A stretch of DNA of 32,000 bases from Pyrolobus fumarii 1A. GTDB taxonomy: Archaea; Thermoproteota; Thermoprotei_A; Sulfolobales; Pyrodictiaceae. A program made the position numbers and the translations under genes. Below, piece after piece: positions 24,789 through 32,000 of the stretch (position 1 is its first letter; each line of letters opens with the position of its first letter). The notes below the pieces were generated by a model, which saw only the letters and a program-made list of their open reading frames with translations, did not search any database and had not been told where the DNA came from. The stretch spans positions 1,770,001 through 1,802,000 of the forward strand of contig NC_015931.1 of assembly GCF_000223395.1 (NCBI RefSeq), written 5' to 3'.

Positions 24789-25184
24789 GTGTCGGCCTGG
24801 TTAAAGAAGCTACGCGACGTTGTGGAGGAGGTCGGGTATAGCTACGAGGCCGAGGAGACGATGAGGATACACATAGGCGATATTATCGTAGAGGTTGGCG
24901 TGGAGGATGGAAAGTATGCTGTCACGGTCTCGGTGCCGCTGCCGGGCTCGGGTGCCACCGACGAGGAGGTCGACTACTATGCTAGGCTGTACGAGCAGGG
25001 TCTACGTGTCCTCCTAGGCCTAGGTGGCGATGTGAAATACGAGGTTGATACTAGTCTTCCGGACTACCCATCGCTGCACATGACAAGACTCTACGACGAT
25101 GCGGATAAACTTGTGGAGGACATGTCGAGGCTTCTCAGAAAACTCGTGGAGGTTATACCTCCGAGCGGCGGCGTCGAGGGCTAG
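24789..25184 (+). CDS. Hypothetical acidic protein
   Basis: 131-aa ORF with a GTG start and coding-like composition. I recognise no motif. Its TAG overlaps the stop of the convergent MetE-like gene within a CTAG palindrome. Confidence 0.5.
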   Translation: MSAWLKKLRDVVEEVGYSYEAEETMRIHIGDIIVEVGVEDGKYAVTVSVPLPGSGATDEEVDYYARLYEQGLRVLLGLGGDVKYEVDTSLPDYPSLHMTRLYDDADKLVEDMSRLLRKLVEVIPPSGGVEG

Positions 25185-26167
25185 TCGATTCTCCTCACTA
25201 CCTCGCACGTTATCCTCGTCTTTTCGAGCGCATAGCGTAGGGGTATCAGGTCTAGTGGTGCACTCGTTGTGACTAGTAGCTTCTCTACCTTGTACTTCAT
25301 GGCCAGCTCCTTTGCTTTGCCAGCAGTGGCGTCTACATCCTCCGGGTAGATGCTCCTTGCGTTGATTAGCCCTAGGCCTAGGCCGCTGGGCGTCCAAGCG
25401 TCTAGCGCTTCGCGCGCAGCCTCAGGCTTATCAACATAGTCTATTATGACGTAGTCTGCGTTAACATCGCTTAGCTTCTTCCACACCTCTCTCCTAGGCG
25501 GCGCGTAGTATGTGACCAAGCGTGTCTCGGCTTTGTCCTTTATCCGCGCGAATATCTTGTTGGCTAGGCGGGCGGCTTCCTCCGCGTCCTCGGGTCTGGC
25601 ATCCATGTCACCAAGGAACGGCTCGTGAACCTCTATCACGCTTGCGCCGTTCTTCACGCTCTTCTCCGCCTCGAGCGCTAGTATCTCGGCAACCCTCTCC
25701 GCTACCTTGATCGGGTCTAGCCCCTCGCGTATCTTGGCTAGCCTGGTGAACGTCACAGGGCCCGGCAGCACTATGCGTATAGCCGCCCAGCTTGGTAGCA
25801 CCGAGCGCATCGCCGCCGCTCTGCCGGGGGTCACTAGGCGCTGTGGATCTGGAAGATCCTCGATCACTGGCACTCTGTAGAAGAAGTTGTTGTCGAACCA
25901 GCGTGCGAGGCCGTCCACCCAAACACCGCGCCATGCCTCAGCAAAGGGGCGGAGGAGGTCGTGCCAGTCTAGCAGCGGGTCTGCTACGCTCCTAGTGCCA
26001 ACCGCTAGCTGTGCACCCATCAGCATCAAGCTATCCTCGACGAGCGCCCTCATTGTTTCGAGTGTACTGGCTTCGCCGAGCTCCTCTAGGCGGCGTAGTA
26101 GCCTTCTCACTCTATCACTGCGGGGGTAGGGGGTTAGCACGTCACACGCGACGTTCAACGCTTGCAC
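25181..26167 (-). CDS. MetE-like (cobalamin-independent methionine synthase / UROD superfamily) protein lacking the zinc ligands
   Basis: LARWFDNNFFYRVPVIED resembles the MetE WFDTNYHY(I/M)VPE motif, and IEVHEPFLG resembles IQIDEPAL. The positions of the HxCY and PDCGL zinc ligands read VTYYAPP and TTSAPLD. The start was moved to GTG 26167 to remove a 65-nt overlap with the upstream gene. Confidence 0.6.
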   Translation of the reverse strand: MQALNVACDVLTPYPRSDRVRRLLRRLEELGEASTLETMRALVEDSLMLMGAQLAVGTRSVADPLLDWHDLLRPFAEAWRGVWVDGLARWFDNNFFYRVPVIEDLPDPQRLVTPGRAAAMRSVLPSWAAIRIVLPGPVTFTRLAKIREGLDPIKVAERVAEILALEAEKSVKNGASVIEVHEPFLGDMDARPEDAEEAARLANKIFARIKDKAETRLVTYYAPPRREVWKKLSDVNADYVIIDYVDKPEAAREALDAWTPSGLGLGLINARSIYPEDVDATAGKAKELAMKYKVEKLLVTTSAPLDLIPLRYALEKTRITCEVVRRID

Positions 26168-26216
26168 CGGGGTTCCCGTGTCGCCACGGGTTGTTGAGAA
26201 GCTCTTCGCCGGGCCG

Positions 26217-27113
26217 CTAGGCCAGGATGTGCGGTATCCCTCGTGCGCGTAGCTCGCGGTGTATACGTTCTGCCGCCTCACCGTGCAGGACTACTGCGGC
26301 CCCCTTCTCGGCCATCGCTGCAAGGACGTCTGTGATGGCATCGAGCATCTCTGTGTTCGCGTGAAGGCCGGGATCCTCAATCATCAGCATGAGGTTGTAT
26401 GGCATGTTCCTGGCGTAGTGAATGAGCGGGAACACCGCGAATATCACTGGCTTTAGCCCGCAAAGCTCCATGCTCTTGGGTTTCCGTAGGAGTATACCCC
26501 ACGATGATAGCTCCACGTGGCACTCGATTAGCTCCTCTAGCTTCTTCACTAGCCCTTCGTTGACGTTACCCAGGCCTATCATGGTCCTCGCCTCGACCAT
26601 ATCGCGCAACCATGGCGTCTCGCAGTAGGTGTGTATGAAGCCCCGTATGTCGCCCACACGCGTCTTTGGCAAGAAGGCTGGCCATGGTACACCGCGAGGC
26701 CAGCCTATGCTACCGAGCGGGGCGAGAGCATCCTCTGCAACCTCACGGTCGACATCAAAGCTTAGACGGTCTTCCCTCACCTCTAGTTTAAGCCACCCCA
26801 GGTCCACGAGGAACGACTCGTCTATACTGACACGGTGCCCTGCTATCAGCCTGAAGAGCCGTCTCTCGAACCCCTTGCCTCCTATGACGCCTGCTATGTG
26901 GTCGCCCCTCTTGCCCTCCTCGGCTTTACCAGCCTCCTCGAATAGTATCCTCGAGAGGCTGTGGAGGATGGCATAGGGTGTCAGCAAAGTATCGAACTTC
27001 GTGGATAGGGTGACCGCGCCGGGCCTTGCCTCTAGCCAGGAGCTTCTCCCGTACTCGATTCTAACCCTCCACACGCAAATACCACCATGCGGCTCTCTGT
27101 GTGCGAGGGGCAA
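26217..27113 (-). CDS. Hypothetical protein with an ABC/SMC-like (AAA_21-like) ATPase fold signature but no P-loop
   Basis: The C-terminal LMLMIEDPGLHANTEMLDAITDVLAAMAEKGAAVVLHGE resembles the Walker B/D-loop/H-loop block (IDEPExxLHP...TH) of SMC-like ATPases. The N-terminal VWRVRIEYGRSSWLEARPGAVTLSTKFDTLLTP occupies the place of the GxNxxGK(S/T) segment without a Gly/Lys P-loop. TTG start; an alternative GTG lies at 27074. Confidence 0.4.
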   Translation of the reverse strand: MPLAHREPHGGICVWRVRIEYGRSSWLEARPGAVTLSTKFDTLLTPYAILHSLSRILFEEAGKAEEGKRGDHIAGVIGGKGFERRLFRLIAGHRVSIDESFLVDLGWLKLEVREDRLSFDVDREVAEDALAPLGSIGWPRGVPWPAFLPKTRVGDIRGFIHTYCETPWLRDMVEARTMIGLGNVNEGLVKKLEELIECHVELSSWGILLRKPKSMELCGLKPVIFAVFPLIHYARNMPYNLMLMIEDPGLHANTEMLDAITDVLAAMAEKGAAVVLHGEAAERIHRELRARGIPHILA

Positions 27114-27119
27114 TAGGAG

Positions 27120-27809
27120 TTGAGGGCGCTGATGGTCCAGGAGGGTTTCGGCGACCTGAGGGCTGGTGTAGAGAGGCGCGTGGGTGGCTGCAACCTACGC
27201 ATGTACCGCGATGGTGGCTTCAATGTGTATGAGAGGGAGTGTGGTGGAGACATCCGCCGGGTTAGGGTTGCGGGTGACAAGCTTGAGGTTGTACCGGCGC
27301 CACCGGTAATGGCTGAGCCGCGCGTCTCCAATATCATCATGCTCCGGTTGCCAGAGCCTCTTGTAGTGTCGCCGGGTAGTGAGGCGAGCATAGAGACGAG
27401 CATACCCGTTGATATCGTTGTGGTGATGGGCTCGCTGGTGGTAGATGCTATACCGACATACCGCGTGAAGTACGCGTTGTATGGTAATGTGGACAAGGGC
27501 GTAATAACAAGGTTCGTTAAGCTTGGCGAGTGTAGAGCACCGTGCGCCTCTATGCGTATAGTCGTGCGCAATAGTGGAGGTAAGCCTGTGAGGATAGAGC
27601 GTATCGTCTTTCCTGCTTACATGTTAAGCCTCTGCTACAATGGTAGCCTCGTCTACGCTAACAGCATATTCGTCAACGCGGTTGATGACGTGGGGTCTGT
27701 TCAGCCTGGAAGGTTAGAGGCGCAGGAGTGTAGACTCGCCCCGCAGCTTTTGCGCGCACCAATATTCGAGAGGCAGAGGCAGAAGTTCTTGATGCTCTAC
27801 GGGTTCTAG
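27120..27809 (+). CDS. Hypothetical beta-rich protein
   Basis: 229-aa ORF with a TTG start only 6 nt from the divergent start at 27113. A TATA-like aaatacc at 27077-27083 lies inside the divergent gene. I recognise no catalytic motif. Confidence 0.5.
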   Translation: MRALMVQEGFGDLRAGVERRVGGCNLRMYRDGGFNVYERECGGDIRRVRVAGDKLEVVPAPPVMAEPRVSNIIMLRLPEPLVVSPGSEASIETSIPVDIVVVMGSLVVDAIPTYRVKYALYGNVDKGVITRFVKLGECRAPCASMRIVVRNSGGKPVRIERIVFPAYMLSLCYNGSLVYANSIFVNAVDDVGSVQPGRLEAQECRLAPQLLRAPIFERQRQKFLMLYGF

Positions 27810-27910
27810 CGTACTACCGTTTCATATGCTTCGAGTGGCTCCGGCCACGCAAATATGGTAATACATGCCCATCCCGAGCATACCGGGTCTCCCCGCCACG
27901 GTGGTACCTG

Positions 27911-29221
27911 TTGAAGGGCGACTGGTTCATTGACGCGTATGCTGCCGTGATAGACCGGCTGCTAAGCGAGCTGAGAAACGAGGAGCGGCAAGTGCCGGAG
28001 GTACCGACGGACTGGTGGGTTGCTAGGCTCCCCGAGCCTTCGAGCGATTCGCCACCTCTCGCGGCCATCGATGGCGGCGGCGGGTTTGAGCCTCTCGTCG
28101 GAGGCTCTGCCCTGTACATTGCGCGTGCGATGGCCGTGTTCAACCCGCCTGGCGATCCTGTGAAAGTCGTTGACGTTAAGCTTGTGCCGGCGCGCGACAC
28201 GAGGATACTAGACGCGCTACGGTCTATAGTTGAGCACCGGGCGGCACTCCGCGCTCTAGAGAGGCTGCCGCGCGACGAGGCCACGATTCTAATGGATGGT
28301 AGTTACCGTGCTGTGGTCTCCGCGGCGCTCTCGTCTATTAGGAGGGCCGCCTACGGGCATGTTAGCCTGGCTTCGCTCTACACGGGCCTCGCGAGTCTCG
28401 AATTGCTAGTGGTGCTCTCTAAGCTGTTCCAGGTTGCACTTGAGCATGGCGTTAGAATAGCATATGTCTCGAAAGACTCTGGCTATCGTAGCTTCAAGGA
28501 GGCTGTTCTCCTCGACCTGCTATCAAAGGAGGCAGAGAGGCTCAACCTACTCGACCTTAGCGTGTTGGCCGAGAGGGGGGCGAGGAGCTACCCTCTAGGT
28601 AGGATACGCGAGGAGCTCCTCGCATGGCGTAAGCGTGTACCCCCGCGTCTACAATCACTGATAGACATGATACTGGACATAGGGTACCGGGATACACTCT
28701 TCATAGACGATTTCGTTGGAGCCGCTGTTGGCCACACGCTCGCACTCGAACTTGCTCTTGGTGGCCTCTACGGCTCGGATATCGAGAAGAGTGTCGACAA
28801 ACTATGTGACCGCGTGGATGAGTACATTGGGGGGCGTGAGGCTGAGAATTGTAGAGGGCTTCGGGACGACGCTGTGAGGGCATACCAGATGCTCCCAGCT
28901 GCACGCATGATGTATGTTAGACTCGCGCCGGGCGACGATCTGCTGCTAGTCGAGACGCCAGGCTCCTCTAGGCTTGCAAGCGAGGGTAGAAGCCTAGAGC
29001 CTCTCAACGACGATGAAGAGGAAGTGTTGCGCGTACTCGTGGCCGGGTATGCTGGGCCACGCTTCTACAACCGCTGGCTCGTCGCGGCGCACGAGGCCGC
29101 AACAATGAGGGGCGAGCACCTAGCGCTATACGCGAAGCTGCTTGATAGCCTGGCACGTGCACGCGGCGTGAGGCTCAGGCTTGCTCGTAGGGTTAGCGTG
29201 GGGGTGACAGGCATTGTCTGA
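27911..29221 (+). CDS. nurA: NurA-domain 5'-3' nuclease-like protein
   Basis: The NurA motif order is present: LAAIDGGGGFE...YIARAMAV (catalytic Asp region), ATILMDGSY and RIAYVSKDSGYRSF. Length is 436 aa, and the stop overlaps the start of the downstream HerA-like gene. Confidence 0.7.
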   Translation: MKGDWFIDAYAAVIDRLLSELRNEERQVPEVPTDWWVARLPEPSSDSPPLAAIDGGGGFEPLVGGSALYIARAMAVFNPPGDPVKVVDVKLVPARDTRILDALRSIVEHRAALRALERLPRDEATILMDGSYRAVVSAALSSIRRAAYGHVSLASLYTGLASLELLVVLSKLFQVALEHGVRIAYVSKDSGYRSFKEAVLLDLLSKEAERLNLLDLSVLAERGARSYPLGRIREELLAWRKRVPPRLQSLIDMILDIGYRDTLFIDDFVGAAVGHTLALELALGGLYGSDIEKSVDKLCDRVDEYIGGREAENCRGLRDDAVRAYQMLPAARMMYVRLAPGDDLLLVETPGSSRLASEGRSLEPLNDDEEEVLRVLVAGYAGPRFYNRWLVAAHEAATMRGEHLALYAKLLDSLARARGVRLRLARRVSVGVTGIV

Positions 29222-31352
29222 CTTGGGCCAACCTATAGGGAGGATTACGGGGGTCGCGAAACCCGACTATTTCATATTCACGTTTGATCCCTCAAGACCA
29301 GTTAAGCTCTACGACTACGTAGTCGTTGAGATGCGGGAGGAGCCCCCCGGTAGCGACGAGCCTGTAACAGTCAAGGTGGTAGCACAGGTCTATAGCATCG
29401 AGAGGGCTAGTCTGGGGCTTAGCCCGGACCATCCTTGGCCCGTCGTGCGAGAATATACACTGCCCCTTGACCTTGACACTCCGCGTGCCGCTGCAAAGAT
29501 ACTCGGGTATAGGTGGCAGGGTAGGATACTCCGCCCTCGGAGCGCGCCTCCCGTAGGCTCATGGGTCTACCGGGCGCCAGACAAGCTCTTAGAGGAGTTC
29601 TATGCCGTCGAGGAGCCCAGGAGGCTCCACATAGGCTACCTAATATCCAGGCCTAGTGTACCCGCATACCTCGACATTGAGGGTCTGAAACGCCACCTTG
29701 CCATCATTGCGGCTACTGGCGCTGGCAAGACATGGACTAGCGTGGTGCTCATAGAGGAGCTCTTGAGGAAAAATGCGACGTTGATAGTGCTGGATCCTCA
29801 CGGCGAGTACGTTGCTATGCAGAGGAGCGCGTGTAGGAAGGCGCGCGAGTTCTGCGGAAGGATACGTGTAGTAAAGGGCCACAAGGATCAGGAGGGCGAC
29901 ACTCTCTATCGTGTAGACGTCCTCGATCTTGATGGTAGTGAACTTGCCAACCTTGCAGGGGTACCCTCCAACGCTTCAAGGATACGCAATGTGATCATAC
30001 AGGCTAAGACGCTTAGTGAAATTCTCGCGAAACACGTGGATAAGCGTCTTGGTGGCTTACCGTGGATAAAGGAGGTAATCTCTCTCACGTTGAGAGCACT
30101 CTCTGACACCAAGACGAGGAGCGGCGGCACAGAGTACAAGTATAACCTCTTTGCGACGAACTTCACCAATGAGCTTCTCCGCGAGATACGCGATACTATG
30201 AGGTTGCCGAGAGAAGCTGTTGACAGGCTAAGGCAGGAGCTTACAAGGGACTCCACGTTCAACCAGGCTTTGCAACAACTCTTCTCGACACTAGCTAGGA
30301 GCCCAGAGCCAGCGTTAGCCGCGTTGAGATACATCTCGATGCTCGAGGACATAGGGATATACTCGACGTCAACAGTGCCTCTTGAGGAGCTATTGATGCC
30401 TGGCGTTGTGACCGTGGTCAATCTGGCTGGGTTACCGCTTCCCGTCCAAGACCATATAGCCTCGAGCATTATGCGGCGTGTCTTTGAAGCTCGTATGAGG
30501 GCTGTTAGGGGTCTCCCAGGTGAACAGTATCGCTACCCCGTGCTTATCATAGTTGAGGAGGCGCACAGGTTCATACCTTCGCAGGGTAATACGCGTACTC
30601 TCCCCGTCGCGGTGATGATAGCCAGTGAGGGTAGGAAGTTCGGCGCGTTCATGGCTGTGATAACACAGAGGCCGAGTAGAATAGACCCAGATGTGCTCAG
30701 CCAGGCTCAGAGCCAGATCATTCTGCGCATAGTGAATCCGCGAGATCAGCAGGCTGTGAGGGATGCTAGCGAACAGCTTAGCCAGGAGCTCTTCGAGAAT
30801 CTTCCGGGGCTTAACCCTGGTGAGGCTATCATCGTCGGGCCGGTTGCGCCGATCTCGATGATGGTGAGGGTGAGGGAGAGGGTTCTCGACTACGCAGGCA
30901 CCGACATTAGCCTTGTTGAGGCCTGGGGCAGAAGCGTGTCAGAGGCTAGCGTCATCCGTAGGATTGAGGAGCGTCTAGCCGAGAAGCTGAGCGACCTAAT
31001 GGGGTATCCCGTGGAGCCAGACAGAGTTCTGGATGCGCTTTCGGGTCTTCTAGGGGTCGATATACCACGTAACGTCTACATGCGCGGTTTGAAACTAGTA
31101 GCGAGCAGCAGGGTACGCGTGTACAGGTTTGATCCTCGCGACGTGAAGGTATACGGGCAGGCCGCAGGATTTGATGTTGAGGTTGGGCTTGGGGGCGGTG
31201 TTAGAAAGTGCGATTGTGGCGCTGACAGCACTGAGAGGGAGGACGCTATATGCCCCCATATGGTTGCTGTTGTGGTGCAAGCGATAGTGGATGGCATGGT
31301 GGTTAGTGTTGTGCCGAGCGCCGGAGACACGAGCATCATTGATGAGCTCTGA
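29214..31352 (+). CDS. herA: HerA-like (DUF87/FtsK-HerA superfamily) ATPase with a C-terminal SWIM zinc-finger domain
   Basis: The N-terminal HAS-barrel-like region has GRITGVAKPDYFIFTFD...LYDYVVVEM. Walker A is HLAIIAATGAGKTWT, Walker B is PVLIIVEEAHRFIP, and VITQRPSRIDPDVLSQAQSQIILRIVNPRDQQAV is also present. An extra ~150-aa C-terminus carries KCDCGADSTEREDAICPH (CxCx11CxH). Confidence 0.85.
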   Translation: MSDLGQPIGRITGVAKPDYFIFTFDPSRPVKLYDYVVVEMREEPPGSDEPVTVKVVAQVYSIERASLGLSPDHPWPVVREYTLPLDLDTPRAAAKILGYRWQGRILRPRSAPPVGSWVYRAPDKLLEEFYAVEEPRRLHIGYLISRPSVPAYLDIEGLKRHLAIIAATGAGKTWTSVVLIEELLRKNATLIVLDPHGEYVAMQRSACRKAREFCGRIRVVKGHKDQEGDTLYRVDVLDLDGSELANLAGVPSNASRIRNVIIQAKTLSEILAKHVDKRLGGLPWIKEVISLTLRALSDTKTRSGGTEYKYNLFATNFTNELLREIRDTMRLPREAVDRLRQELTRDSTFNQALQQLFSTLARSPEPALAALRYISMLEDIGIYSTSTVPLEELLMPGVVTVVNLAGLPLPVQDHIASSIMRRVFEARMRAVRGLPGEQYRYPVLIIVEEAHRFIPSQGNTRTLPVAVMIASEGRKFGAFMAVITQRPSRIDPDVLSQAQSQIILRIVNPRDQQAVRDASEQLSQELFENLPGLNPGEAIIVGPVAPISMMVRVRERVLDYAGTDISLVEAWGRSVSEASVIRRIEERLAEKLSDLMGYPVEPDRVLDALSGLLGVDIPRNVYMRGLKLVASSRVRVYRFDPRDVKVYGQAAGFDVEVGLGGGVRKCDCGADSTEREDAICPHMVAVVVQAIVDGMVVSVVPSAGDTSIIDEL

Positions 31353-32000
31353 CTCAGACCGGGAGCTGCTTGAGTATGTCGAGGAGTTGACCAGCCTAAG
31401 TTCCAACTGTCTAAGCGACGATGATGTGGATAAACTCATCGAGTGTAGCTTGAGCGGGGAGGGTGTTGTAGAGGTAAAGGTTGATGGTTTACACGTAATC
31501 ATGCCTTGCAGTGATACTCCCGAGGCTTGGGCTAATCTATTGCATGTTTATTGTCTTCGTGACTATCTACGTGTAGACGGGTTTGAGCCTCGTCCCGGCT
31601 GGGTTGTAGTTGATGCTGGTGCGTATCTTGGCTTCTATACCCTCTTTGCGGCTAAACGTGTGGGCAGCAACGGGTTGGTTATTGCTATTGAGCCTTTGCA
31701 GCGCAACCGCGTCTTCATAGAGGAGAATGTGGTGCTCAACGGGTTTATGGATAGGGTGCGTATAGACCCGCGTGCTTTGTGGTCTAGTACAGAGCGGCGG
31801 GTATTAGCCGTCTCGTGTTATCCGGCCACTAGTAGCTTCTATCGCGAGTATGTCGAGCGGCATGGTGACGTGTGTAGCGAGAAGAGGGTCTCCACAGTTA
31901 CTTTGCCCGAGCTTCTACGAGAGCATGGACTGTCACGCGTTGATCTACTCAAGGTTGACGTTGAGGGTGCTGAGGCGGACATCCTGGCTGTGAGAGGGTG
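31342..32000 (+). CDS. FkbM-family SAM-dependent methyltransferase (3' end outside window)
   Basis: The ATG at 31342 overlaps the HerA-like stop by 11 nt. WVVVDAGAYLGFYTLFAAKRVGSNGLVIAIEPLQRNRVFIEENVVLNG and VDLLKVDVEGAEADIL match the FkbM family (TIGR01444-like) motifs. The frame is still open at the window end. Confidence 0.8.
   Translation, partial: MSSDSDRELLEYVEELTSLSSNCLSDDDVDKLIECSLSGEGVVEVKVDGLHVIMPCSDTPEAWANLLHVYCLRDYLRVDGFEPRPGWVVVDAGAYLGFYTLFAAKRVGSNGLVIAIEPLQRNRVFIEENVVLNGFMDRVRIDPRALWSSTERRVLAVSCYPATSSFYREYVERHGDVCSEKRVSTVTLPELLREHGLSRVDLLKVDVEGAEADILAVRG

Noticed and set aside
29906-30469. A 187-aa minus-strand ORF inside the HerA-like gene.
   Set aside because: It is antisense to a gene with clear Walker motifs and is Ser/Leu-rich.
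1-32000. I looked for a CRISPR repeat-spacer array or cas genes to go with csx1.
   Set aside because: By eye I found no series of 24-37-nt direct repeats with regular spacing, and no Cas-like ORFs. This was a visual scan only, so a repeat finder should confirm it.

Overview
The window looks like chromosomal DNA from a hyperthermophilic crenarchaeon, probably Desulfurococcales-like. Supporting genes are Cren7, aIF2-beta, PCNA, aRF1, a XerA-type recombinase and a tRNA-Leu, with TATA boxes about 25-35 nt upstream of start codons and oligo-T runs after genes. About two thirds is housekeeping: an ABC-2 transporter, an isocitrate/isopropylmalate dehydrogenase family enzyme, NadA, MscS, an M16 peptidase and a phosphoribosyltransferase. 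Several six-frame ORFs seem to carry spurious N-terminal extensions (nadA, aIF2-beta, PCNA, csx1, the MetE-like gene). The most unusual locus is 26.2-32.0 kb. It holds a tightly overlapping NurA-like nuclease, a HerA-like ATPase with a C-terminal SWIM zinc finger, and an FkbM-type methyltransferase that runs off the window. No mre11 or rad50 is present, and a divergent pair sits just upstream: an ABC/SMC-like protein lacking a P-loop and a beta-rich protein of unknown function. Other notable items: a stand-alone Csx1 (CARF-HEPN) with no CRISPR array or cas genes in the window; a XerA-like recombinase with a ~129-aa Gln/Pro-rich tail; an APC permease fused to a minimal nucleotidyltransferase domain; an aRF1 with deviant NIKS and YxCxxxF motifs; a surface-anchored GH114-like glycoprotein; an orphan SagB-type dehydrogenase; two AT-rich islets, one directly downstream of tRNA-Leu with an interrupted ORF; and several candidate small or structured RNAs. 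All functional calls rest on motif recognition by eye, not on database searches.
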